Shown: piece by piece, positions 1 through 9,565 of the stretch | Position numbering within the stretch: the stretch's first letter is position 1 | Layout: every line of letters begins with the position of its first letter | Source: Proteobacteria bacterium UBA5680 | GTDB lineage: Bacteria > Pseudomonadota > Gammaproteobacteria > Arenicellales > UBA5680 | Direction of reading: 5' to 3' | Length of the DNA: 64,000 bases | NCBI GenBank assembly: GCA_002420425.1 | Contig: DIIC01000044.1 | Coordinates: 68,743 to 132,742 of the forward strand | Program-made: the position numbers and the translations under genes | Notes under the pieces: generated by a model | Told to the model about the DNA's origin: nothing | Seen by the model: only the letters and a program-made list of their open reading frames with translations | Databases searched by the model: none

Positions 1-573
1 CCACGCCTTGATTGCATTTTGTGCATAACGCCCAACGGGGACGACCCGCTCCCTGTTGCCCTTGCCCAACACCCTCACTGACCCTTCCTTGAGATCAAGA
101 TCATGAATATCGAGGGCAACCACTTCACTGACTCGCAAACCTGAAGAGTAGAGCAGTTCAAGCAGGGCTCGATCACGCACCTCAAGGGGTTTGCTCCCAG
201 GCAGTGCTACAAGATGGGCCGCCTCTTCCGCCGTTAGGGTATGAGGTAGTTTTTTCCTCGATTTCGGTGCTCTTACTCCTTCAAAGGGATTGAGCTTTAC
301 GCCCGACTCTCGCCCAAGAAAACGATAGAAGGAACGTGCGGCGGAGAGTGATCTGGCAATTGACCGCCCCGAAAGACCTCGTTGGTGAAGCCTGGATGCA
401 AATGATCGGGCCTGCTCGACCTTCAAATTATGCCAGCTCTTGACACTGCCTAACTCCGTAACATGGAGAAAGAGGGCTTCAAGGTCTCGACGATAGGCTG
501 AGATCGTTTGTGGTGAGAATTGCCTCTCAGATTCAAGGTAGACCAAAAACCGCCTGATCCATTCACGATCCAT
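1..573 (-). CDS. xerC: Tyrosine recombinase XerC, N-terminal ~191 codons (3' end lies beyond window start)
   Basis: Absent from ORF track because there is no stop in the window. Own translation of the minus strand from ATG 573-571 gives MDREWIRRFLVYLESERQFSPQTISAYRRDLEAL...RALLELLYSSGLRVSEVVALD...VLGKGNRERVVPVG. This is an integrase SAM-like N-domain plus the start of the catalytic domain. It follows dapF-DUF484 as in E. coli dapF-yigA-xerC. Confidence 0.85.
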   Translation of the reverse strand, partial: MDREWIRRFLVYLESERQFSPQTISAYRRDLEALFLHVTELGSVKSWHNLKVEQARSFASRLHQRGLSGRSIARSLSAARSFYRFLGRESGVKLNPFEGVRAPKSRKKLPHTLTAEEAAHLVALPGSKPLEVRDRALLELLYSSGLRVSEVVALDIHDLDLKEGSVRVLGKGNRERVVPVGRYAQNAIKAW

Positions 574-1306
574 TTCGCGACATCTCTCCTGTGGCGGTGG
601 CCTCAATCAACCGTTCAAGTGCCGAACCTATAATTTCCCCCAGCCGATCAAGATAGAGGGTGCCCATGGTGGGCTGGAAACGATCTGTCTGGAGTGTCCC
701 GAACCCAATAACCCCGCACACCTTTCCCCTCGCCACTAATGGCGCCAGAGCACAGCTTGAGACTTCAGAAGCTCTGTCAGCAAAGAGAAAGTCCTGGATT
801 TGAGCGGGCAGACGGTCATCACAAACACCCCTGCCTTGGGAAACTCGTTCAAGGGCCGCTTGTAGCGCAGGGTCATCCGGCGAGCAGACCTCAGGATAAT
901 GGTCGCTATGTTCAGAAGGGCCTGAACACCGAAGAGTAACGAAATCGACCTGGAACTGTTCAGCCAATAGGGCTGGAATCTCTTTAAATGCTGCACCAGG
1001 ATCATCAGCCGCAGCTGCCGCAATGGCCACTTTTTGGATAATCTCCTCCCTGCGCTCATTCAATCGGGCATTTTCCACCAGCCCCTCAAATTGCTGAACC
1101 AGTGACTGTCTGTCCAGCCGAAGGGCGTCAACTTGTCGTTCAGCAAATGAAGCAATATCCCCTCTGCGAGCGGATGGAACCCGCAGCAACCCCAATACAT
1201 CCGGATACCTTTCAAAATAATCCTGATGATTGCGAAGATAATCTGCAATATCCTCTTCCTTCAGAGAAGTGATCGAATCTTCCAACTTATCCTTTTGTGG
1301 GCTCAT
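563..1306 (-). CDS. DUF484 (YigA-like, GAF-type) protein
   Basis: 247 aa. The N-terminal EEDIADYLRNHQDYFERYPDVLGLL...FAERQVDALR matches the DUF484/YigA signature. It overlaps the dapF stop by 4 nt and the xerC start by 11 nt, in conserved order. Confidence 0.8.
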   Translation of the reverse strand: MSPQKDKLEDSITSLKEEDIADYLRNHQDYFERYPDVLGLLRVPSARRGDIASFAERQVDALRLDRQSLVQQFEGLVENARLNERREEIIQKVAIAAAAADDPGAAFKEIPALLAEQFQVDFVTLRCSGPSEHSDHYPEVCSPDDPALQAALERVSQGRGVCDDRLPAQIQDFLFADRASEVSSCALAPLVARGKVCGVIGFGTLQTDRFQPTMGTLYLDRLGEIIGSALERLIEATATGEMSRNGS

Positions 1307-2142
1307 AAACTGTCAGTCTCCACTATCCCCTCAAAAACAGTCACTGCCGGGCCGATCATCAACACCGGGAAACCCTCACCCTCCCAGCTTACCAGCATCT
1401 CTCCCCCCGGCATGATCACTTTAACCGCATTATCTACCAAGCCTGCAAGGTGTGCAGCAACCGCAGAGGCGACACCTCCACTTCCGCTTGCCCGGGTCTC
1501 TCCGACACCACGTTCAAAGATCCTGGCCCTTATCGTCTCTCTATCAACCACCTCTACAAACTCAGCATTAGTTCTCTCGGGAAACAGGGGGTGACTCTCA
1601 ATCAGGCCGCCCAGCTCCTCCACCGCTGTCACTGCCACATCACTGACAAACTGCACGGCATGTGGATTTCCCAGGGAGAGCGAGAGGACTGAGACCTGAT
1701 GGCTGCCAAGATCCAGTTCATAGCGGGGCTGCCTTCGTTGAAAGGATATCGGAATCTCTCCAGGCTCAAGACGCGGCGCCCCCATATCAACCCTGACCAT
1801 CCCACCCTCTTCAAGGGTTGCTCTCATTTTTGTCGTCTTCGTCTCAACCACGATTTCACGGCTCTGAATAACCCCCTGATCAAACAGAAAACGGGCAATA
1901 CAGCGAACCCCATTTGCACACTGACCGACCTCACTGCCGTCTGCATTGAAGATACGATAGAAGATATCTGCATCGGGAGAACGGCTGGCTTCTGCAACCA
2001 GGATTTGATCACAGCCAATGCCGGTGTGACGATCTGCCACCCCTTTTGCCAGTTGTGGCCCGATAGACAGTGGCTGACTGATGCCGTCAAAAACAACAAA
2101 ATCATTTCCCAGGCCCTGCATTTTGGTAAAGGCGAGTTTCAT
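1303..2142 (-). CDS. dapF: Diaminopimelate epimerase (variant: Ser at second catalytic Cys position)
   Basis: 279 aa. Has MQGLGNDFVVFDG, FNADGSEVGQCANGVRC (first catalytic Cys present) and LGNPHAV. The second active-site motif reads ERGVGETRASGSGG where E. coli and H. influenzae have ERGAGETQACGSGA. Confidence 0.9.
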   Translation of the reverse strand: MKLAFTKMQGLGNDFVVFDGISQPLSIGPQLAKGVADRHTGIGCDQILVAEASRSPDADIFYRIFNADGSEVGQCANGVRCIARFLFDQGVIQSREIVVETKTTKMRATLEEGGMVRVDMGAPRLEPGEIPISFQRRQPRYELDLGSHQVSVLSLSLGNPHAVQFVSDVAVTAVEELGGLIESHPLFPERTNAEFVEVVDRETIRARIFERGVGETRASGSGGVASAVAAHLAGLVDNAVKVIMPGGEMLVSWEGEGFPVLMIGPAVTVFEGIVETDSL

Positions 2143-2237
2143 AATCCAAATAGTCTCACATGCTTTAGAGAAGTTGTCTGCAAACTTGAATATACTCTGG
2201 GTTAAGCAACAAGAGTGATCCTCAAAGTGCCTGTATC

Positions 2238-2522
2238 ATGACAGTTAGAATGGAAAGAATAAAAACCCAATTCCGAGCCTGGTTTCACTGGATTCGATCC
2301 CATCCCAACTCCTGGGTTAGGGTGCCGGTGGCACTCTCGCTTATTCTGGGAGGCATTTTAGGCTTTCTGCCTGTCCTTGGCTTCTGGATGATACCACTTG
2401 GGCTGATCTTGCTTGCAGTTGACTTTCCCTGGGCTCGACGACTCTATCTTGCCGGGATTGTACTCTGGAGACGCCATCGGCACCGAGTGCCCGGGCGACA
2501 AAATGGTTCGGATCGAGAGTAA
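2238..2522 (+). CDS. Small 2-TM membrane protein, function unknown
   Basis: 94-aa ORF with two hydrophobic spans (VALSLILGGILGFLPVLGFWMIPLGLILLAV) and a basic tail. No family confidently recognised. Confidence 0.45.
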   Translation: MTVRMERIKTQFRAWFHWIRSHPNSWVRVPVALSLILGGILGFLPVLGFWMIPLGLILLAVDFPWARRLYLAGIVLWRRHRHRVPGRQNGSDRE

Positions 2523-2537
2523 AAATACTATTGAAGA

Positions 2538-2558
2538 CCCCCTCTGATGCGGAGGGGG
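2538..2558. terminator. GC-rich hairpin between convergent genes (possible bidirectional terminator)
   Basis: ccccctc-tgatgcg-gaggggg, a 7-bp perfect stem, lies between the stop at 2522 (+) and the stop at 2575 (-). There is no clear U-run on either side. Confidence 0.4.
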
Positions 2559-2574
2559 CAACCGCTCCAACTGC

Positions 2575-3147
2575 TCAGAATTCACCTTTTTTTGAACCCC
2601 GGCCAAGTTGGTCAAGTGTCAGATAGAGTGCCAGAATGCTACGCGCCTCGGTAAAATCATCCTGCAGGAAGAGACTTTCAATCTGATCAAGCGGCCATGA
2701 GACCACTTCCAGCTCTTCCGGTTCATCTCCCGCCAGATTGTCTGGGTAGAGGCTTGTGGCAAGAAAAAGTTGCGTACAGTGAGCGGCATATCCAGGGGCC
2801 AGGGAGACAGCCCTTAAAGGTGTAAGGCTTCCGGCACCATAGCCGATCTCCTCCCGGAGTTCACGATCAGCCGTATCTTCTGGCCTCTCACCAGGATCAA
2901 CACGTCCCTTTGGAAACACCAATTGATAATTTTCAAGGCCCACAGCATATTCCCGGATCAACAGCAGTTCTCTCTCCTCCAGAACCGGTACGATCAGGAC
3001 CGCTCCCACCGCTTTTGATTTAAGTCGCTCATAGGTGACTTCAACCCCATTTGAAAACCTGAGGTCAACCTCTTCTACAACAAAGTTACGGGTAGCAGCT
3101 ACTTCACGGCTCTCTAGTATTTCGGGTAATTTCTGCTCTTTTTTCAT
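2575..3147 (-). CDS. nudE: ADP compounds hydrolase NudE (Nudix family)
   Basis: 190 aa, colinear with E. coli NudE (VEEVDLRFSNGVEVTYERL, LIREYAVGLENYQLVFPKG, GDEPEELEVVSWPL). Nudix box GRVDPGERPEDTADRELREEIGY. GGGAGG Shine-Dalgarno upstream. Confidence 0.85.
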   Translation of the reverse strand: MKKEQKLPEILESREVAATRNFVVEEVDLRFSNGVEVTYERLKSKAVGAVLIVPVLEERELLLIREYAVGLENYQLVFPKGRVDPGERPEDTADRELREEIGYGAGSLTPLRAVSLAPGYAAHCTQLFLATSLYPDNLAGDEPEELEVVSWPLDQIESLFLQDDFTEARSILALYLTLDQLGRGSKKGEF

Positions 3148-3427
3148 CCAACCTCCCTTTCTCTCTAGGGTAACTGAACTACCCGATGGCTCAAAGATGA
3201 AATTGCATTGGTATTTTGAGACAAACTAATGCAAGAAACCCTCTGGCAAGCGATCAATCTGCTATGCTGACAGTATGAAAGGAAACAGAAGAAGTTCTCT
3301 ATTAGTTAAATGTTCTACCCATACGCTGAAATCCTCCTCTTGCGGTACGGGAAATCTCTGATCTATTCAGAACCGACAAAAAAAGGAGCGACCGACCGGG
3401 TTCATTACCGAATGTGGAGTCTCAATC

Positions 3428-3769
3428 ATGATCGTTATTGAAGAACATCAGGACCTCCTGCGGGCACATGTATACGCTCAACTCACCCTGGATGACTTAA
3501 GAGAGTTTGAGGAGGCTGTTACGGGGGGGCTAGAAAATCACAATCAGGTCAATGTGTTGTTTGACCTTGAAAATATGTCAGGATTTACTCTTGATGCTGC
3601 CATAGAGGAGATTCAATTCAATCGCCAACATGTGGGTGATTACAAGCGTGTTGCAGTGGTTGCGAATGATCAATGGCTGGTATGGTTTACCTGGCTGACC
3701 GGTGTCTTTGCTGGAGCTGATGTCCAGCGCTTCCCAACCCAGGCTTCTGCTGAAGCCTGGTTGGAGTAG
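3428..3769 (+). CDS. SpoIIAA/STAS-like small protein (DUF3478-type)
   Basis: 113 aa. The size and pattern (...VNVLFDLENMSGFTLDAAIEE...YKRVAVVANDQWLVWF...) resemble stand-alone STAS_2 proteins. The family call is from memory only. Confidence 0.5.
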   Translation: MIVIEEHQDLLRAHVYAQLTLDDLREFEEAVTGGLENHNQVNVLFDLENMSGFTLDAAIEEIQFNRQHVGDYKRVAVVANDQWLVWFTWLTGVFAGADVQRFPTQASAEAWLE

Positions 3770-3790
3770 CGATCACACCGGAGGGGTGTT

Positions 3791-4384
3791 TTAGTCCTGC
3801 TGACGGTCTAACTGCTTCCAGATCAGCGGCAGTGTGACAACAGCCAGTGCTATCTTGAACCCCTCTGCCATCAGGAAAGGGACAAGACCGGCAGCAATGG
3901 CTTTCTCAAAGCCAATAAAGGTGGAGAGCCAGCCCACACCGAAAATAAATATAGTCATCGTCCCCAGGAGCATTGCACCTAAGGTGCCGATAATCCCACG
4001 GTCCCACCCTGACTGGGCCAGCCATCCCATCAAGGTTGCTGATGCCAGGAAACCGAAGAGATATCCTGCTGTAGGACCCGCAAGATAGGCCAGACCACCG
4101 TATGGAGGATTGGCAAAAACCGGAATCCCCATCGCCCCTTCAGCAAGATATAGGAGCAATGTTGCCCCACCCAATCGCCATCCATAGGTCATTCCAATTA
4201 CCAGGACAACAAAAGTCTGCATGGTCATGGGAACAGGCCAGAACGGGATCTGTACTTTTGCCGATATCGCCAGCAATACACTCCCAAAAAATGCGAGGAT
4301 GACCCCTCGAAATAACCGTGATGACCCCTCTGTCTGCCACAAATGATCTGCAATAGTGGGGTAGCTGAAATAAGTCTTGCTCAT
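3791..4384 (-). CDS. bioY: Biotin transporter BioY
   Basis: Multi-TM protein with the BioY-typical GGLAYLAGPTAGYLFGFL motif. Start trimmed to ATG 4384 (GGAG 8 nt upstream); the ORF track extends to 4411. Confidence 0.8.
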   Translation of the reverse strand: MSKTYFSYPTIADHLWQTEGSSRLFRGVILAFFGSVLLAISAKVQIPFWPVPMTMQTFVVLVIGMTYGWRLGGATLLLYLAEGAMGIPVFANPPYGGLAYLAGPTAGYLFGFLASATLMGWLAQSGWDRGIIGTLGAMLLGTMTIFIFGVGWLSTFIGFEKAIAAGLVPFLMAEGFKIALAVVTLPLIWKQLDRQQD

Positions 4385-4583
4385 AATTAATGCTCCATCA
4401 TAGAAAACCACAACCCATTAAGCCTACATTACCTTCACACCACCAATAGAACAAGAGGTGAATTGAGGCTCTCAATCCGCCAGGCCGCTCACCTCAACGA
4501 CAGGCCATTTGAGTCAAGCATAACAGGGGCCGCAAGCCCCCTTTCGTCCCTATACGCTCTGCCCTCTTGGGCAACGGCCGAAA

Positions 4584-4615
4584 CAAAAAAGCCCGCCGGA
4601 CAAGCCGGGCGGGCG
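4584..4615 (-). terminator. Rho-independent terminator downstream of the HU gene
   Basis: Minus-strand RNA gcccgcccggc-uugu-ccggcgggc is followed by UUUUUUG, 20 nt after the HU stop. It is flanked by a T-run on the other strand as well, so it could act in both directions. Confidence 0.65.
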
Positions 4616-4635
4616 TTTTCAGATCAGATCAACAA

Positions 4636-4926
4636 CTATTTTTTTCTGCGGGGGTTTAATGCATCACGCAGTGCCTTGGCACCCTTGAAACGGGCTGACT
4701 TTGAAGCACTGATCCAGATGCTCTCACCGGTCTGTGGGTTGCGTCCCTTGCGACGACTTCGCTTGGCGACGGTAAAATTTCCAAATCCGGAAACGGTAAC
4801 AGACTCTCCTTTTTTCAATGATTTGGTCATAGCGTTAATTAGGGCTGCCATCTGACGACCGGCAGCTACCTTGGAGATACCTCCACTTTTAGCTAGCACC
4901 TCTACGAGATCACTTTTCTTTGCCAT
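4636..4926 (-). CDS. hup: DNA-binding protein HU
   Basis: 96 aa. KSDLVEVLAK...VAAGRQMAALINAMTKSLKKGESVTVSGFGNFTVAKRSRRKGRNPQTGESI is the canonical HU/IHF fold sequence. Confidence 0.9.
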   Translation of the reverse strand: MAKKSDLVEVLAKSGGISKVAAGRQMAALINAMTKSLKKGESVTVSGFGNFTVAKRSRRKGRNPQTGESIWISASKSARFKGAKALRDALNPRRKK

Positions 4927-5295
4927 TTATTCACTCTCCTTTATGCAGTTTTATAAAATGTCGTGTGGCATAGCACCACAATGACAGTGCAATGATAAAT
5001 GAGTCATTACATTTAATCATCCCCTGTATTAATTATCTTTGGATAATTAATGGGTGGGTTATTACCCGAAGAGGTGCGCGTCCTTGCGCCACAAACACTT
5101 CCCTGTATGCCGAAGCTAACAGACAAGTCGTGGTGATGAATGTGATCGCGGACACACTCGATTGGTAATAATAAAGATATGACCAACCGATATAACTTTC
5201 AGCCCATATTGGACAGGGGCTCCAAATTGGTGTTTGGTATCGGTACACTTGGGCGCACAGCAAAAGAGTGTTAACCCAGCAGGAGTCGAAAAACC

Positions 5296-5706
5296 ATGCC
5301 CTCAGCCCCTTCAAAAGAACTCGCCACTTTTAGCAATCCTAACCCTGAGAGAGACTATACGATCCGGATCGAAGTACCCGAGTTTACCTGCCTGTGCCCG
5401 ATAGCAGGGCAGCCTGACTTTGGTTCTATTCATATCGAATATGTCCCAGAAGCACTCTGTGTTGAACTGAAGTCGCTAAAAAACTACTTCTGGTCCTTCC
5501 GTAATGAGGGCGCCTTCCATGAAGCCGTGACCAACCAGATCCTTGCCGACCTTGTTGGTGCGATCGATCCCAGGTTCATGCGAATCACCGCTTACTTTAA
5601 TGTCAGGGGGGGGATCTATACCCAAGTGGTCGCAGAACATGCGCATGATGGGTGGAGATGCCCGGAGGCCACGGTGCTCCCCGAGGGCTCACCTCCAATA
5701 TCATAG
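5296..5706 (+). CDS. queF: NADPH-dependent 7-cyano-7-deazaguanine reductase (type I QueF)
   Basis: 136 aa. Catalytic-Cys context [14 protein letters not shown] and the QueF motif [20 protein letters not shown]. Confidence 0.9.
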   Translation: MPSAPSKELATFSNPNPERDYTIRIEVPEFTCLCPIAGQPDFGSIHIEYVPEALCVELKSLKNYFWSFRNEGAFHEAVTNQILADLVGAIDPRFMRITAYFNVRGGIYTQVVAEHAHDGWRCPEATVLPEGSPPIS

Positions 5707-5731
5707 GTATTTTACCGGTGGAGGGTGCAGC

Positions 5732-6283
5732 CTACTTTGATTTTGGGCGGAACGCCTTAATCACTGATTCATCAGTCTCAAGGAAAGGCCCCTCCATCAA
5801 ATCGATACAATAGGGAATGGCAGGAAAGACGGCATCAAGACACTCTCTGATCGATTTTGGCTTGCCTGGCAGATTGACAATCAGCGTCTGCCCCCGCAGA
5901 CCGGCACTCTGCCTTGAAAGAATGGCTGTCGGCACATACTGCAGGCTCACCTGGCGCATCAACTCACCAAAACCAGGCATCATCCGGTCACAGACTGCTG
6001 CGGTTGCCTCAGGGGTGACATCTCGACGCGCAGGGCCGGTCCCGCCAGTGGTCACTATGAGTGAACAGCCCTCCTCATCTGCAAGCAGAATCAGGGACTG
6101 CTCAATCTGTGGCTGCTCATCCGGAACCAGAAGATAAACAGGTTCCCACAGGGATGTCAGATAAGCGTTAAGCGTATCGATAATTGCCTTGCCCGAAAGG
6201 TCTTCATATTCACCTGCGCTGGCTCGATCTGAAACAGTGACAACGCCGATGCGTGCTTTTGTGCCGGTGTCGCTAACTTTCAT
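5732..6283 (-). CDS. mog: Molybdopterin adenylyltransferase Mog
   Basis: 183 aa, colinear with E. coli MogA (IGVVTVSDRAS, TTGGTGPARRDVTPEAT, MPGFGELMRQVSLQYVPTAILSRQ, NLPGKPKSI). Confidence 0.85.
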   Translation of the reverse strand: MKVSDTGTKARIGVVTVSDRASAGEYEDLSGKAIIDTLNAYLTSLWEPVYLLVPDEQPQIEQSLILLADEEGCSLIVTTGGTGPARRDVTPEATAAVCDRMMPGFGELMRQVSLQYVPTAILSRQSAGLRGQTLIVNLPGKPKSIRECLDAVFPAIPYCIDLMEGPFLETDESVIKAFRPKSK

Positions 6284-6506
6284 CCTTTTTCCTTTTTTTT
6301 ACGTTACCAGTGGCATAAGGATAGCCTACCTACGACCACCAAAAACTACCTCTTTTGGCCTAGAACCCTAAATTTGAGTGACTTAATGTTCTTTTTGTCC
6401 AATAACCCATTATTTTCCCACTCATGCTCCTGGCGTCTCTCCTGCTCTAACACAGAATCACCACATCGGTTAAAGTTACCCGCCACTCAAGTGAAAAGCG
6501 GGCCCA

Positions 6507-8930
6507 ATGGGAAAAAGTAACATTTCACAAGAACCAAACCAGATCTCTCTTCCCATAGAGGGGATGAGCTGTGCCGCCTGCTCAACACGGGTAGAACGCA
6601 CTCTTGCAAAAATCCCAGGAATCACACAGGCCAATGTCAACCTGATAAGTGGTTCGGCAGCGGTCTCTTTTGACTCCGAACAGGTTTCGCCGATCGAGAT
6701 TGCCGATGCCATCAAAAAGACCGGGTTCTCTGTCCCCAGCCGTTCATTTGATCTGGCTATTGAGGGGATGACTTGTTCCGCCTGCTCAACCCGGCTTGAA
6801 AAGGTGCTCTCTAAGCTCGATGGGGTCGATGGTGCCAGCGTTAATCTGGCAACCTCTAACGCAAGGGTTTCGGTCACCTCCGGCACACTATCCGTCTCAG
6901 ATCTCATTGTTGCGGTAGAGCGAGCCGGCTTCACAGGAAGAGCGATAGAGACCTCGAGCGCAGCGCTCCAGCAAGCAGCAAGACGAGCCGCTGACCGGGC
7001 CCGGCTGGAACTGATCATACTCATCGGGGCTGCCCTTTTCACGCTGCCATTTATCGTACAAATGGGCTTGATGTGGACCCAACTCCAGCCCTCTACGCTG
7101 CCCGCCCTATGGCAATTTGCCTTGGCAACCCCGGTGCAGTTTATTGCCGGAGCGCGGTTTTATCTGCCCGCATGGCGGGCCCTCAAGGCCGGCGCCGGGA
7201 ACATGGATCTGCTGGTGGTGCTCGGCACCTCTGCAGCCTGGGGCCTGAGCACTTATCTGGTTCTCTTCTCACCCGACTCTTCAGACTACTATTTTGAAGC
7301 GTCATCCAGTGTCATCACCCTTGTCCTTCTCGGCCGGCACCTTGAAGATCGGGCAAAAAAGAACACAACCACAGCTATCCGCTCCCTGGTCGCTCTACGG
7401 CCACAAACAGCTCGGATCATCCGGGAAGGTGGTGAAGTTGAAGTGCCTGCCTCGCTGGTTGCTGTGGGTGAGGTGGTGGTGGTCCGGCCGGGAGAACACC
7501 TTCCTGTTGATGGCATCATTACCGATGGTGATACCCAGATCGATGAATCCCTGATCACCGGAGAGAGCCTGCCTGTTGAACGCTCCATCGGTGATACGGT
7601 AACCGGTGGCAGCATCAATGGCTCTGGGATGATCCGAGTCAAAGTCACTGCAGTGGGGGCAGAATCAGTCCTTAACCGGATCATTCGCGCGGTTGAAGAG
7701 GCGCAGGCCAGCAAAGCCCCTGTACAGCATCTGGTCGACCGAATATCAGCCCTTTTTGTCCCTGCGGTCATCGTTATTGCCATTGGTGCCTATCTCTACT
7801 CCTTCTTATTGCTCTCCTCATCTCAGGCAGAAGCAATCATCTCTGCCGTGACCGTTCTTGTGGTGGCCTGCCCCTGCGCCCTGGGGCTGGCCACACCGAC
7901 TGCCATCATGGTAGGTACCGGGGTAGCCGCACAATGGGGTATTCTGATACGAGATGCGGAATCACTGGAACAGGCCCACAAAACAACCACCGTCATCTTT
8001 GACAAAACAGGGACGCTTACCGCAGGTCAGCCCAACGTTGTTACTGTACATCCGCTTGATATGGAAGAGGATGAACTCCTGGCACTGACAGCAGCCGCGC
8101 AGCAGGGAAGTGAACACCCCCTGGCCCGTGCCGTGCTCAATAGGGTCAGAAAGACAACACCATTAGCGCCGCTCTCAGACTTTTCTGCAATCCCCGGCAG
8201 AGGAATCAGGGCCACAGTTGATAACCGCCAGGTTGTGACCGGAAACCAGCGGTTGATGGCAGAGTCAGGTGTTGAGCAAGCCCCTCTCCTAGAACAAGCA
8301 AACGCTCTTTCAAGTAGCGGCTCCACTGTGATCTGGGTAGCTGTTGATCAGCGGCTTAAAGGCATCATTGCTATCGATGATGTTGTCCGGCCCACCTCCA
8401 AAGAGGCCATTGCCGAGCTCAACGCAAATGGAATAGAGACCATCATGCTGACCGGTGATCACCAACAGAGTGCGGCCTCTGTTGCCGACCAACTGGGCGC
8501 CCATGATTTCATTGCCGAGGTGCTCCCTGAGGAGAAAGCTGCTGTTGTGAGCAACCTGATGGGCAAAAACAGGACTGTGGCAATGGTGGGTGACGGTATC
8601 AATGATGCTCCAGCCCTGGCGACCGCCGATGTTGGGCTGGCAATGGGATCAGGTACTGACGTCGCCATGGAGACAGCTGGCATTACTCTGATGCGCAGTG
8701 ATCCCCTCCTGGTGATTGAGGCTATCTCCATCTCTCACGCTACCCATAACAAAATCTGGCAGAACCTCTTCTGGGCCTTTATCTATAATCTCTTTATGAT
8801 TCCCCTCGCCTTCTTTGGAGCGATCACTCCGGTCATTGCAGGTGCGGCAATGGCACTGAGCAGTCTCTCGGTAGTCTCCAACTCCCTGCTTTTAAAGCGC
8901 TGGAAGCCTTCATCAAAGTTGATGACTTAA
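6507..8930 (+). CDS. copA: Copper-translocating P1B-type ATPase
   Basis: 807 aa. Two N-terminal HMA domains (GMSCAACSTRVE, GMTCSACSTRLE), the CPC motif (ACPCALGLATP), DKTGTLT, SEHPLA and GDGINDAP. Confidence 0.95.
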   Translation: MGKSNISQEPNQISLPIEGMSCAACSTRVERTLAKIPGITQANVNLISGSAAVSFDSEQVSPIEIADAIKKTGFSVPSRSFDLAIEGMTCSACSTRLEKVLSKLDGVDGASVNLATSNARVSVTSGTLSVSDLIVAVERAGFTGRAIETSSAALQQAARRAADRARLELIILIGAALFTLPFIVQMGLMWTQLQPSTLPALWQFALATPVQFIAGARFYLPAWRALKAGAGNMDLLVVLGTSAAWGLSTYLVLFSPDSSDYYFEASSSVITLVLLGRHLEDRAKKNTTTAIRSLVALRPQTARIIREGGEVEVPASLVAVGEVVVVRPGEHLPVDGIITDGDTQIDESLITGESLPVERSIGDTVTGGSINGSGMIRVKVTAVGAESVLNRIIRAVEEAQASKAPVQHLVDRISALFVPAVIVIAIGAYLYSFLLLSSSQAEAIISAVTVLVVACPCALGLATPTAIMVGTGVAAQWGILIRDAESLEQAHKTTTVIFDKTGTLTAGQPNVVTVHPLDMEEDELLALTAAAQQGSEHPLARAVLNRVRKTTPLAPLSDFSAIPGRGIRATVDNRQVVTGNQRLMAESGVEQAPLLEQANALSSSGSTVIWVAVDQRLKGIIAIDDVVRPTSKEAIAELNANGIETIMLTGDHQQSAASVADQLGAHDFIAEVLPEEKAAVVSNLMGKNRTVAMVGDGINDAPALATADVGLAMGSGTDVAMETAGITLMRSDPLLVIEAISISHATHNKIWQNLFWAFIYNLFMIPLAFFGAITPVIAGAAMALSSLSVVSNSLLLKRWKPSSKLMT

Positions 8931-9091
8931 CTCAATAGAATCGAATATAACCTTTTATCCGTTATCCATATCTCCTAGACTACTCTGTGTGTTGTTGGAC
9001 AACCAAGGCTCTCTACAATAACAGACCCGCCCATAACACAGGTCCATGGTCAACTCCATGGCAGATGATATTCCAGACAGGGAGAATCAAA

Positions 9092-9508
9092 ATGAGCAAT
9101 CAACACTTTTCAGGCCGATGCTTGTGCGGAGCCATCCAGTTCAAAGTTGCAGCAAAACCCCTGCGCGAAGTCAACTGTCATTGCGATAACTGTCGCCGTG
9201 CTACAGGAAGCCCCTATGGGGCGCTGGCTTTTGTTCCTGAAGAGGCGCTTACCGTGAACGGTGAGACTCCGGGAAGCTATAGCCATTCCAGTGACCGCGG
9301 AAGTGAGATGGAAAAGCTCTTCTGTACAAAGTGTGGCTCCCAACTCTTCACCCGCAACAACGCTCGAGTAGGGATGATGGGGGTTCGGATTGGAGTGATC
9401 GATGATGCCAGCTGGTTCAAACCCACTGTTAATGTTTACCGCTCGCGGGCTCTTCCCTCAACTCCAATTGATGGTGAGATTAACTCCTTTGAGAAGATGT
9501 CGGGATAG
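9092..9508 (+). CDS. GFA-family (glutathione-dependent formaldehyde-activating/CENP-V-like) Zn protein
   Basis: CLCGAIQF...CHCDNCRRATG...CTKCGSQLF cysteine pattern. Start trimmed to ATG 9092 with GGAGA upstream; the ORF track begins at 8987. Confidence 0.75.
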   Translation: MSNQHFSGRCLCGAIQFKVAAKPLREVNCHCDNCRRATGSPYGALAFVPEEALTVNGETPGSYSHSSDRGSEMEKLFCTKCGSQLFTRNNARVGMMGVRIGVIDDASWFKPTVNVYRSRALPSTPIDGEINSFEKMSG

Positions 9509-9565
9509 CCGTTCAGCTGTTACACTTGTGAGCTGAAGTCGCGATATCTATTTAATGACCCTCTT

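Noticed and set aside
6311-6326. Sigma-54-like element TGGCATAAGGATAGCC upstream of copA.
   Set aside because: It satisfies GG-N10-GC but is otherwise weak. It lies about 180 nt from copA with no nearby enhancer-binding-protein gene or site. Copper ATPases are normally MerR/CueR- or CopRS-controlled. A chance match is likely.
6476-7042. 188-aa ORF antisense to the 5' part of copA. Similar antisense ORFs lie at 7289-7783, 8027-8326 and 8459-8731.
   Set aside because: They lie entirely inside a high-confidence P-type ATPase gene on the opposite strand. Their composition is Ala/Ser/Arg-rich, as is typical of antisense frames in GC-rich coding DNA. They have no recognisable motifs.
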